A stretch of 63,912 nt of DNA, counting the filler, from Octopus bimaculoides (taxonomy: Eukaryota): assembly GCF_001194135.2 (NCBI RefSeq). It is 6 parts of 6 records of this genome, joined end to end, with 100 filler letters (N's around TTAATTAATTAA, not from the genome) between each part and the next. Parts side by side here need not be neighbours in the genome. Positions count along the whole stretch, not along the records: positions 33,905 to 51,301 come from NC_068987.1; 5 more parts are not named here. One strand, written 5' to 3'. The stretch's first letter is position 1; every line of letters begins with the position of its first letter. A program made the position numbers and the translations under genes. The notes beneath the pieces were generated by a model, which worked only from the letters and a program-made list of their open reading frames with translations, had not been told where the DNA came from and ran no database searches. Shown here one piece after another: positions 39,750-51,401 of this stretch.

Positions 39750-40420
39750 ATTCCCTGGACGGTCGTGGAATTTGAGTCCTTGGGCACCTCCTCCATAGAG
39801 TCATATCAAAAGCAACCGTCATTATAATTTCTTGCTGGATTACCATGCGTGGCCAACTGAGATTACAGATATTATCCAACCATGTGTTTCTTAATCTACC
39901 CCTAAGTCTCCTCCCGGTTGGCTTGGTTTGAAGAATTCGTCCAGTGACTCTTTCCTTGGACATTCTTATCACATGTCCTTAATACTGGAGCTGTGACTTC
40001 TCAATGCAGAGAAGTAACAACTCGACCTGGAGGGTCTCTCTGACCTCCGAACTATGTCATCTATCGAAAAAACGTTACTCCAGAGATCCTTCAGAGGAAT
40101 TCCATTTCGGCAGCTTGTATTCACAGTCGTACCCTTTCGGTCATTATTGAAAAAACATGACCCTAGTTGGGGACAGACGCGAAAACCGAACAGAAGTAGC
40201 TAGTTTGACATTCATACCAAGCTTTCCTCTTTTGACGATTGAATGATGGAGTTTGCACACTACTGTGCCAGCACTTGCAATTCTAGCATACAATTTAGCC
40301 TCCTGCTTCCCATGACTTCTGAGTACAACCACGATAAATTTGGTTTGCTTTCAAACCAGATTCCACCACTCTTTCACTCACATGCAGATTTTGAATTTGT
40401 TTCTGTGTAGAGATTACATG
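39750..40420 (-). mobile_element. RTE-clade LINE ORF C-terminal part
   Basis: HVIRMSKERVTGRILQTKPTGRRLRGRLRNTWLD; GKQEAKLYARIASAGTV..KLHHSIVKRGKLG..KL. Confidence 0.8.
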
Positions 40421-40706
40421 TCGTGATTGGTGAATGCCTAACTATCACGAAGGCAACACACACTTCAAACATACACAATATGTACATATGTTTATATGAA
40501 ATGTTGCGTGTACATGTTGTACTGTCCTATAGAACGTATCTATAGGTTTCTATTTTTCTATTCAACATTGTGTGTTACGACTATTGTAAATAATTCCTAT
40601 GTACAATAAGTCTTCAAATAATAAAAAGGGGCAACAACTATCCGTACGTTTCGACTCTTTTTGGAGTCAAATTATCATTAGCTTTGTACTACCATTGAAA
40701 TGTATG

Positions 40707-40737
<31 letters not shown>

Positions 40738-41251
40738 NNNNNNNNNNNNNNNNNNNNNNNNNNNNNNNNNNNNNNNNNNNNNNNNNNNNNNNNNNNNNNN
40801 NNNNNNNNNNNNNNNNNNNNNNNNNNNNNNNNNNNNNNNNNNNNNNNNNNNNNNNNNNNNNNNNNNNNNNNNNNNNNNNNNNNNNNNNNNNNNNNNNNNN
40901 NNNNNNNNNNNNNNNNNNNNNNNNNNNNNNNNNNNNNNNNNNNNNNNNNNNNNNNNNNNNNNNNNNNNNNNNNNNNNNNNNNNNNNNNNNNNNNNNNNNN
41001 NNNNNNNNNNNNNNNNNNNNNNNNNNNNNNNNNNNNNNNNNNNNNNNNAGACTATATGAATGCTAAAACTCCGATCCGTCGTAAGTTTGCACTGGGAATG
41101 TTTCCAGTAATTTTCAAACTTATTAAACACACACATGCAACAATATACACACGCTGAAGACATATATTTATGGTCTGCATGTGTATGTGTGTATGTATAC
41201 ACAAACAGAGAACGAAAGAGAGAGAGAGAGAGGGGGAGAGAGAGAGAGAGG

Positions 41252-41282
<31 letters not shown>

Positions 41283-41710
41283 TCAAACTATCACAAATAA
41301 TTAAATCTATATTTATAACAAAAAATAATACTGAAAGACATACACATGTATAGATTGAATACCAGGAATAGACAGATGTATGAAAACAAGATTCGCTGCA
41401 TTCTTGGAAATGATTATAATATATATAATATGGAAGGAGTTTCTGAAAACTCGAAATGGTGTGCTAGAAGAAAACGGTGGAAGAGTGGGAGACAAAAAAT
41501 GATTAAGAGGCCGAAAAAGAAAGAGACCTTTTTTTGTTTTTTTACTCTATTACTGGTTCCAGGCAGCTAGCGGCGGCCATGTTAGAGTAGCCACCTAGAT
41601 TGGTTTTAAAATAAAGACAATAAAAATATTAAGAAATACAGTCAATTGAGAGACTGAGTATTATATTGGTAATTTGTGTCTGTGTATACGTAGGTGTATA
41701 CGCACAGGCA

Positions 41711-41756
<46 letters not shown>

Positions 41757-42135
41757 CACACATATATATACAGGAGTGAAAATGTCTATAAACATATTTG
41801 GTTTTGTGAGTGCATGTGTGTCTAAGCTTGTATATGCGTGTGCAAGTGTGTATCAATGCATGTATGTAAGTATCGATATATTTTCTATACACGCATCCGC
41901 ATATTTTTACAGACAAAATATATATAGTATATGTATAGTTATTGTTTATATGTATATTTATGTATATATATATATTCAAATATATATATATATATATATA
42001 TATATTTCTTTTATTTTTATAAATATGTATATGTATATATACATGTATAATCTGTATGTACATGGGCATATTTACGCGTATGTACATATAGATATATATA
42101 ATACACGTATGTATATATATATATGTGTGTATATA

Positions 42136-42167
<32 letters not shown>

Positions 42168-42567
42168 NNNNNNNNNNNNNNNNNNNNNNNNNNNNNNNNN
42201 NNNNNNNNNNNNNNNNNNNNNNNNNNNNNNNNNNNNNNNNNNNNNNNNNNNNNNNNNNNNNNNNNNNNNNNNNNNNNNNNNNNNNNNNNNNNNNNNNNNN
42301 NNNNNNNNNNNNNNNNNNNNNNNNNNNNNNNNNNNNNNNNNNNNNNNNNNNNNNNNNNNNNNNNNNNNNNNNNNNNNNNNNNNNNNNNNNNNNNNNNNNN
42401 NNNNNNNNNNNNNNNNNNNNNNNNNNNNNNNNNNNNNNNNNNNNNNNNNNNNNNNNNNNNNNNNNNNNNNNNNNNNNNNNNNNNNNNNNNNNNNNNNNNN
42501 NNNNNNNNNNNNNNNNNNNNNNNNNNNNNNNNNNNNNNNNNNNNNNNNNNNNNNNNNNNNNNNNNNN

Positions 42568-42610
<43 letters not shown>

Positions 42611-42768
42611 AAAGTGTGTTTGTGTGGGGAGTGGGGGTGAAAGCGTGTGAGAATGAACAAATGAGAAAAATCAGAGGGAATTTAGTTATAGGATAGGAAA
42701 GCTACGGGGGAATAATTGTTAAATTAGTGAATTGAGGCTCGCATACCCTACGGGGAGGAAATAGCGAC

Positions 42769-42781
42769 TGACCTTTGACCT
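42769..42781. promoter_or_regulatory. Perfect DR1 nuclear-receptor element (TGACCT-T-TGACCT)
   Basis: Exact two half-sites, spacer 1. Confidence 0.3.
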
Positions 42782-43025
42782 ACTAATATTCACTTAATGG
42801 AAAATCATTTAGCTTGGCAAGAACATGGTCGTGGGGTGAGGGATGATTGCTTTATGCGATGGTTGTGAATAGTTACGTTTCGTATGCATCTCCATAAGTT
42901 ACAAGTTATGGGAGATCAAGGAGTTGGGGTAACGACTGGAATTCGGAAAGTAATACAGAAAATTAATAAACAGATAGGAAATAGTATAAAATAGCCAAAA
43001 AGCAATATAAGTGCGCGCGCGTACA

Positions 43026-43065
<40 letters not shown>

Positions 43066-43142
43066 CATACATACATACATACATGATGCATATATACATA
43101 TACGCACGTAGATGTGTATATGTGAATGTGCTGGTGTATGTC

Positions 43143-43196
<54 letters not shown>

Positions 43197-43527
43197 AATA
43201 CATACATACATACATACATACATACATACATACATAGATATAATCACGTAGNNNNNNNNNNNNNNNNNNNNNNNNNNNNNNNNNNNNNNNNNNNNNNNNN
43301 NNNNNNNNNNNNNNNNNNNNNNNNNNNNNNNNNNNNNNNNNNNNNNNNNNNNNNNNNNNNNNNNNNNNNNNNNNNNNNNNNNNNNNNNNNNNNNNNNNNN
43401 NNNNNNNNNNNNNNNNNNNNNNNNNNNNNNNNNNNNNNNNNNNNNNNNNNNNNNNNNNNNNNNNNNNNNNNNNNNNNNNNNNNNNNNNNNNNNNNNNNNN
43501 NNTATATATATATAGATATAGATAGAT

Positions 43528-43590
<63 letters not shown>

Positions 43591-43637
43591 CATACATACA
43601 TACATACATACATACATACATACATACATACATACAC

Positions 43638-43800
43638 ACCCTACCACAAAAATTAAGAAATCTGAATAAGATGGAAGTAGATATCTTCAAAAAGGAACTA
43701 GACATCTTCCTCTCCACAATACCGGATGAACCAACAGCCTGACATGAGATGCAGACGAGAGCAGCGGAATCAAACTTCCTTATACACCAAATGGGCCAAC
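43638..43800 (+). mobile_element. CR1/L2-group LINE C-terminal fragment
   Basis: LPQKLRNLNKMEVDIFKKELDIFLSTIPDEP..QTRAAESNFLIHQ. Confidence 0.7.
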
Positions 43801-43946
43801 AGCTAGGACAAAGGCACATACACGAGTGGTTATGTGTAACACCGCAGACTGAGGAAATCAATAAGACCACGGTGATGCTCCAGCATGACCGCAGCCGCAC
43901 GGCTGAAACTAGTAAAAGAATAATAGAATATATACATACATGCATG

Positions 43947-44002
<56 letters not shown>

Positions 44003-44129
44003 TGAATGGACAAAAGAAAGAAAGTGGCACTCAACACAGTTTGTAGGAGTTATATTATTTAATAACAGTTTGAAACGATTTAAGTTTCATAGTTATCTTC
44101 CATGAAGTTCTTCCATGATACCCATGCAT

Positions 44130-44480
44130 ATTGGATTCCAAAACCAATTGCTTTGGTCACATGATTCTTCTCTTCAATATGACAAATTTCTTTGATTAAA
44201 ATACCTCGTCCACCTTTTTTTTTATTATTCGTGGGGTATCCATCGGTGTTCCCAGCAACTTACGTATCGATTCGTTCCATTCCAGGATGGTCTTTCTCAC
44301 CTCAACAACTTTTCTCATAATCCTATCCATTGTGAACAATATTCGCAAAGCAGCACAAACCATGGTTCCTGCCAACCTGATAGCATTATTTGTTTGTGGG
44401 CTTTCATCCTTTCAAACACCTCTAGCAATGATGTTAAAGACATATTCCTCTAGTGAATGACGGGAAACTAAGACATTCTT
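44130..44480 (-). mobile_element. Possible very old RTE-type LINE 3' fragment
   Basis: Fragmentary KLLGTPMDTPR..KKRW motif on minus strand. Confidence 0.35.
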
Positions 44481-44710
44481 CTATGAACTTCCTAGCATAC
44501 TTTTCCATTTTATCTGATATTTTTAATAGCAAACGAAGCACTTCGAGTGGACATAAGAAACCGGAGAGAAAGTCAAGCCAAACAGTAGTGGTCATTGACA
44601 GTTAATTTCTATCACAACTTGGTATCATTTCAATAACACCCTTAGCATCAACCAAAGGTACTAGATAGATAAGAATAAAGCGTTTAACTGCCTGTTATTT
44701 GACCGTTGGC

Positions 44711-45090
44711 GTGGAGGCGCAATGGCCCAGTGGTTAGAGCAGCGGACTCGCGGTCATAGGATCGCGGTTTCGATTCCCAGACCGGGCGTTGTGAGTGTTT
44801 ATTGAGTGAAAACACCTAAAGCTCTACGAGGCTCCGGCAGGGGATGGTGGCGAACCCTGCTGTACTCTTTCACCACAACTTTCTCTCACTCTTACTTCCT
44901 GTTTCTGTTGTGCCTGTAATTCAAAGGGTCAGCCTTGTCACACTGTGTCACGCTGAGTATCCCCAAGAACTACATTAAGGGTACACGTGTCTGTGGAGTG
45001 CTCAGCCACTTGCACGTTAATTTCACGAGTAGGCTGTTCCGTTGATCAGATCAACTGGAACCCTCGATGTCGTAAGTGCCAACAACAACA
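44711..45090 (+). mobile_element. Full-length tRNA-derived SINE with 14-bp TSD
   Basis: A-box TGGCCCAGTGGTTAGAGCAG, B-box GGTTTCGATTCCC, (AAC)n tail; ATTTGACCGTTGGC at 44697-44710 and 45091-45104. Confidence 0.95.
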
Positions 45091-47013
45091 ATTTGACCGT
45101 TGGCACTAGCTTGCGTTCAATTTCAAAGCCGAATTGTTTAACTAAGAGGTTCCCAACCATTTATTACCGATAGACTCTTTTAATTACTATTTTATTCTGG
45201 TGGACTCCCATAACCATTCGATATTTACAAAGTAGCTTTATGGAAATTTCTTTCGAAATTCCTATTTCGTTTTTCACATATTAACTTGTGTCGGGTGAAC
45301 TATGTAAGATGTTAAAGAAAGATACCTAGTTGTTTCTTGCAAAACATACCAATACATTCATGTAAAGCAAAATTTTTTCAGGGGGAATACTATTGTGGAT
45401 TCCTAATTTACTATTTTCTTGCATGGTCTCCCAAAAATCTTATATGGACCTTCAGACGCCATATGGACCCTTTAACTGATCTAGCAATATGTAGAATCTG
45501 CAAACTTTTTTGCAGCTTAGTATGTAGTTGATTTTACTAAAATGGATAGCTTTTTCCAATATGGATTAGGAGAGATTTCTCTTTTTCTTACCACAAGAGC
45601 GGTAATGTCCTCTGTAAAAGTACACAACGTTAGCTATACCAATTATATGCACGCATACATACAAGGAAATGAACACACGCACACATATCTATACTATAAA
45701 AGGCAAATCTACTCTGTGTGTGTGTATGTTTAAAATTCATACATTTACACAATTCAAAATTTCTTCGATTAAACAATCGCAATTAATATTCTAAATACAA
45801 TAAGTTAGGTCACTGCGTCATTTTTTCACTCCAAAAATTTCCTGAGTAAACATTTTCTCCCTAATAAAATCTAATTTCCTTTTTCTAATACAAATCCTTT
45901 CAACTCCTACTTCCTCTGATGAACCTTTACGAAAAATCAAACAACAAATACAAAAATAAAGGAAGGAGAAAGAGAAAACTATTTCAATATCAAATCACAT
46001 TTCGATACTGTAATGACAGATACTAAAAGTACATACAAAATTACTTTGCCCCTCTAAAATTAACTATTTCTATTCCTCTTACACATCGTTTCAATTGCTA
46101 CTTTCTTTNNNNNNNNNNNNNNNNNNNNNNNNNNNNNNNNNNNNNNNNNNNNNNNNNNNNNNNNNNNNNNNNNNNNNNNNNNNNNNNNNNNNNNNNNNNN
46201 NNNNNNNNNNNNNNNNNNNNNNNNNNNNNNNNNNNNNNNNNNNNNNNNNNNNNNNNNNNNNNNNNNNNNNNNNNNNNNNNNNNNNNNNNNNNNNNNNNNN
46301 NNNNNNNNNNNNNNNNNNNNNNNNNNNNNNNNNNNNNNNNNNNNNNNNNNNNNNNNNNNNNNNNNNNNNNNNNNNNNNNNNNNNNNNNNNNNNNNNNNNN
46401 NNNNNNNNNNNNNNNNNNNNNNNNNNNNNNNNNNNNNNNNNNNNNNNNNNNNNNNNNNNNNNNNNNNNNNNNNNNNNNNNNNNNNNNNNNNNNNNNNNNN
46501 NNNNNNNNNNNNNNNNNNNNNNNNNNNNNNNNNNNNNNNNNNNNNNNNNNNNNNNNNNNNNNNNNNNNNNNNNNNNNNNNNNNNNNNNNNNNNNNNNNNN
46601 NNNNNNNNNNNNNNNNNNNNNNNNNNNNNNNNNNNNNNNNNNNNNNNNNNNNNNNNNNNNNNNNNNNNNNNNNNNNNNNNNNNNNNNNNNNNNNNNNNNN
46701 NNNNNNNNNNNNNNNNNNNNNNNNNNNNNNNNNNNNNNNNNNNNNNNNNNNNNNNNNNNNNNNNNNNNNNNNNNNNNNNNNNNNNNNNNNNNNNNNNNNN
46801 NNNNNNNNNNNNNNNNNNNNNNNNNNNNNNNNNNTGTCATTCTCTTCCAAATACGATCGACAGTCAAACATTTATTCCTTACAAACTGAATTTTTTTAAT
46901 ATCTTTCTTGAAACGCATTTACTTACTACCATATATAGACACAGAATACACATTAATACACACATACATACAAATATCTGTCATTTTTTTTTAGTGTGTG
47001 TGTGTGTTGCCCA

Positions 47014-47796
47014 TCTTAATATATAATGCTGAAGTTCTGTACTTACTAACATTTTTTTATTTAGTGTGTATGTGTGTGTGTGTGTGTTGCCCATATATAT
47101 ATGCACTTAAGACTTAGTTGTTGGTTGGGAGTTTCATCTGCAGAGGTCATTATTATTATTATTCAAATTAACACCCGCACGATTTTCACTAGGGTGTTAG
47201 GGTTACGGTTTCGGGGTCAGGGTTACGGTTTTAGGGTTACGATGAGGGTTAGTCTTACGGTTACGGGTTTAGGGTTAGGGTTACGTAATCGTGCGGGTGT
47301 TGTTCTGTTTAATATGTACATAGATTATGCCTCCGTTTAAAAAGACAGCAACAGACTGCAGCAATTCACCACATTCAAGAAGTTACTTTGAACATAATGC
47401 AAAACGGTGCATCATCATCTACTGCCCAATCTGATAGAATTCTGGCAGAACTGTGTAGCAACAGATCGTCAGCAATTGCGTCATCAGAAATTGCCGTCCT
47501 ACCTCCTGCGAAAAGGAATTACCCTGCTACGTGTAATCAAGGCAGCGCAAAAAGTTGTTTTGCACAAGCATTTCTATAGCCAATTAGACGGATGAAATTT
47601 ACGTACACTTAATAATGTTACACAAAACAGCCTTCAGACTTCCCCTATTAATTTCGTCTTTTGAATTATGAACATATTTACATCATATGGGTTTTTTCAT
47701 TGTAAGGCTTTCTTTTTTAGTTGATTTTCACCTAGCAAGACTTATCGTAGGTGGCGTAATAAGTCACACCCGGACAACGTCGGGTTATACTGCTAG
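47014..47796 (+). mobile_element. Non-autonomous Helitron
   Basis: 5' A|TCTTAATATATAAT; 3' hairpin ACCCGGACAACGTCGGGT (47768-47785) then CTAG|T; internal TTAGGG/TTACGG tract 47188-47285. Confidence 0.75.
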
Positions 47797-47799
47797 TTT

Positions 47800-48720
47800 T
47801 CTATAAACTAGATCAATTTAAGGGAAACATCAGATTCATATGATAAATTATAAACCAAACTAAAAGCCTGTAGTTAAAGCTGAATTTATAATTCTTAACT
47901 ATAATACAAAGTATATGTTAATAGCTACAAGTTGAGTTATAGATCAAGTTTTTGCCATCTATAGATCAAAATATTGGTTAAGTCTAAAATCTAATTGTAT
48001 ATGTTAGACTATAGGCCAAAATATATGTCATAGTATAGGCCAATTTATAGGCTGATTATAAGACGAATTTATAGGTTAAAATATATAAGCTAAGCAATAC
48101 ACCAAACAATAAGCTTAAAGCTATAGGTTAAATTATATGCTATACTAGTGGTTAAAAATTATAATTTGATAAATATATACATTATAATAAATACTCTTAG
48201 GTTAAATTATAGGCTTATCTATAGGTTGTTTAGGTTTTGCTAGGCTTAAGAATTTATAAACCATTTATAAATAGATACAAAAAATTATTGAGATTTTTTT
48301 ATCAAAAGTAATGTAAAAAGAAAAAAGCTATTCATCAATAGGATAAAATCAATAAGCAATAAGCTAACAAAATTTAAGCAAAGCTATAAATTCATTGATT
48401 AACAGATCAATACACAAAATTACGTTTAACTACTGGCTAAAAGTCTATAATTCATAGATAATTTTAAAAATAAAGATTAATGTCAATGCTAGAAAATAAT
48501 ATCCATTTTTATGGTATATATATTATATATTTTATTCTACAGATATTTGAATTGATGATTCTATATTTAATTGATATTAGGTGATTCCAGTCTATGAGTA
48601 ATAGGAGATTGAAATTCTATAGACAAAATTATAGATTAAATTCTATAGGTAAACTAAAGGCAGCTTCATTGGCTGAGTTATATACACAAACGCATAAATT
48701 AGAATCTAAATGCTAAACTT
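47800..48720. repeat. Degenerate AT-rich satellite-like tract (TATAGGTTAAA-type units)
   Basis: Recurrent TATAGG(T/C)TAAA(T)TATA at e.g. 48069, 48122, 48198, 48219, 48644. Confidence 0.5.
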
Positions 48721-48868
48721 TAAGGGGATTTTTATATCCAACTTAACATGGATGTCTTCTTAGAACACCGAACACTGCGTTATGATCCTTTAGGAGATCT
48801 TTTGATATAGGTGCTTGGTCTATTAAAGCATAGCTATAGATCATAGCAGACGATTTTCGTCTGTAATG

Positions 48869-48929
48869 GGTGCCGGAATTCCAATATCAAGTAATTTCGT
48901 TCTGTTGGAACTCATCAGTGGCAAGCACC
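48869..48929 (-). ncRNA. Type I hammerhead ribozyme (Sm-alpha-like)
   Basis: ggtgc tt gcca CTGATGA gttc-caaca-gaac GAAA ttacttga TA ttggaa ttcc ggcacc; intact core, 4-bp stem II, distal stem I ggtgc/gcacc; predicted cut 3' of A48885. Confidence 0.85.
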
Positions 48930-49381
48930 GGGTGACTGCATGACAGTTAAACCTTGCTGATACGATATAAATATAGAATTGCAGCATATTTTCAGATGCT
49001 GACATCACAAATAGCCAGCAGATTTACTGAAAATTAATTATTAGCGACGGAAGCAGTATTAATACCAAAAGATAATCATTATTTCCAACTAAACATGGAT
49101 GCCTTATTAGAACACCGAATACTGCATTATTAGCCTTGAGAAATCCTCTCCTGAAGGAGCTTGGTGTGCATAAAAGCACACACATAGATCGTAGCAGACG
49201 AAATTTGTCTGTCACAGGCGCTGGAATTTCCATATCACATGCATTTTTGATATTTATACTGCTTCCATCACTGATAACTAATTTTTGATAAGCCTGCTGG
49301 ATATTTGTGACATCTTAGCCTGAAAAGGTTTGGGAATTCTGTATATCATAGCAATGAAATTTGACTGGCATGCGGTCAACC

Positions 49382-49432
49382 GGTGCTTCCCACTGATGAG
49401 GTCCAATAAGACGAAATCATGTGATATGGGGA
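49382..49432 (+). ncRNA. Type I hammerhead ribozyme (inverted copy)
   Basis: ggtgc ttccca CTGATGA g gtc-caataa-gac GAAA tcatgtga TA tgggga; intact core, 6-bp stem I; predicted cut 3' of A49426. Confidence 0.8.
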
Positions 49433-49898
49433 ATTCTGTTGCCCAAGACAGACGAATTTCATTTCCTATGACTTATGTGTACTTTCATTTTGGCTTATGC
49501 AAAATATTCTAGCGTAGCATCATCGTTCATTTAGTGTTTTCTTTCTTGGTTAACAATTCTCATTATTTCCTGAAAAGCTTCAGATTCGTTGTTCGTCATA
49601 CGACAACTTCTGTTTCCAATTTTGCATAAATTTCATTCCTATCTTCCTCAGTTAATGCTTCTTATCCTTCCTGATTCTCCTCTCTTTTTTCCTAATTCTT
49701 ATTTCTTCTATTAGCCCTCCCTTCCCTAATTTTTTTCTGTATCTTCTCTGCCTCTTTCGACTCAATTCTCGCTGTCCTTCGCTATGATATCAGTCCACAG
49801 CAACGCACGAAAGACCGTTCCGATAACAGAATAATTTAAAACACCCGTATTCCTGATATATTGTTATGCACATTTAACGAAGAAATTTAAGCAAACGG

Positions 49899-50262
49899 TT
49901 AACCCTGCGCGCGTTAGCGAAACAGGGTTATTGTAGTCGCTCGTCTTTGTTTCTTTGTCTGTATGTTTGCAAAATTACTGGAAAACGGCTAAACGGATGT
50001 TCACCAAATTTGGCAGAAATGCTCATTGGATGAGTGGTTCGAACTCATTAACTTTTGGTTTATCTTCAAAACTGGCAGGCGGGTGAATCAAAATGCTTAA
50101 TTTTTTTTCTTTGCTAAATATACATAAACGATAATCAGGGAAAATAACTCTTGGTGTCATTTTGTTGAAATATAAATTCGTCTAAGAATATATTCATTAA
50201 AATAAATGTTACTTTATCCTTGTGTGCGTGCAGGGTATGCATTGCTCCTCCGATGCCTTTTT
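49899..50262 (+). mobile_element. Helentron-associated non-autonomous element (second family)
   Basis: SubTIRs TAACCCTGCGCGC / GCGTGCAGGGTA, 3' hairpin GCATTGCTCCTCCGATGC, T-rich end, internal CCAAATTTGGCAG. Confidence 0.65.
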
Positions 50263-50707
50263 CTTTTTTTTTTTTGGCGAAGAGAATCCGTATCCAACAT
50301 ATACCGTAACATATACTTTACGAAGGAAGTTAGGAACATGTCTATTAATAAATAGGTAATAGAACAGATAGATTTTCAGTGTTCAAAACAATGACTTCTT
50401 CTGAGATGCATCCTTAAACCATCGGGTAAAATAAAAAGATAAAGTCAGACAAACACTGATGTCACGTGCACACATACACACACAATACAAACCCCAATGG
50501 CGTGCGCGCACACATACATCCATTCCTTCTTACACATACATACACACACACACAGGCAACTGTCTGATTGTGTGTCTGTGTGCACCAACAACGTTCGTAC
50601 CTACGTGATGAGTGTAGATATGCACATACCAGTAGCGTTTATTTGAATCTCTCTGTATATCTATCTATCTCTTGATTTCTAACAATCTCTTCCTTTCTCA
50701 CTCCCCC

Positions 50708-50738
<31 letters not shown>

Positions 50739-51230
50739 GCACGCACAGTTTTACTATCCCAATTCTACAGCCTTGCTGAATTTTTTACACCACAGGAATT
50801 TATCGTTAGCACTTTAATAAGATAAATTGAAAAATGTAGCCAGTAAATTAGCTACAGAAGTATAGGTAACAATTATATGAAGTACTATACGCTAAACGTA
50901 TCATTTAATCCGCGGGCTAAATATATACAGCTATACCCAAAACTGTAAGTTTAATTATGTGCTGATCTAGAGGCTGAATTAGGTTGATATCTGGGATAAA
51001 ACGTCATAATATATATAATTACACAAATTGTTAATCAACTATGGATGGATGGATGGATGGATCTGAAAAGGCGCATGGCCTAGTGGTTAGGATGTTGCAT
51101 TCATTTATGATCGCATAAGTGTTGTTTCGATTTACTGACCAGTGGTACGTTTCGTTCTTGAACAAACCCTTCGCTTCACGTTGCTCCAGTCTGATCAGCT
51201 GCATTGGATAACAATGACTTGAATACACAT

Positions 51231-51301
<71 letters not shown>

Positions 51302-51401
51302 NNNNNNNNNNNNNNNNNNNNNNNNNNNNNNNNNNNNNNNNNNNNTTAATTAATTAANNNNNNNNNNNNNNNNNNNNNNNNNNNNNNNNNNNNNNNNNNN
51401 N

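Larger units (their letters stand above)
48741..49500. mobile_element. Candidate non-LTR retrozyme locus: ~348-bp hammerhead-bearing unit, tandem plus inverted copies
   Basis: Direct repeat 48745 vs 49092 (offset 347); inverted repeat 48841-49060 vs ~49243-49471; hammerheads at 48869-48929 (-) and 49382-49432 (+); hammerhead 3' half at 49217-49241 (-). Confidence 0.8.

Noticed and set aside
45916-45934. CTGATGA-acctttac-GAAA
   Set aside because: No stem II, III or I pairing.
47188-47285. True telomere or chromosome-fusion site
   Set aside because: Short, degenerate, single orientation and inside a Helitron.
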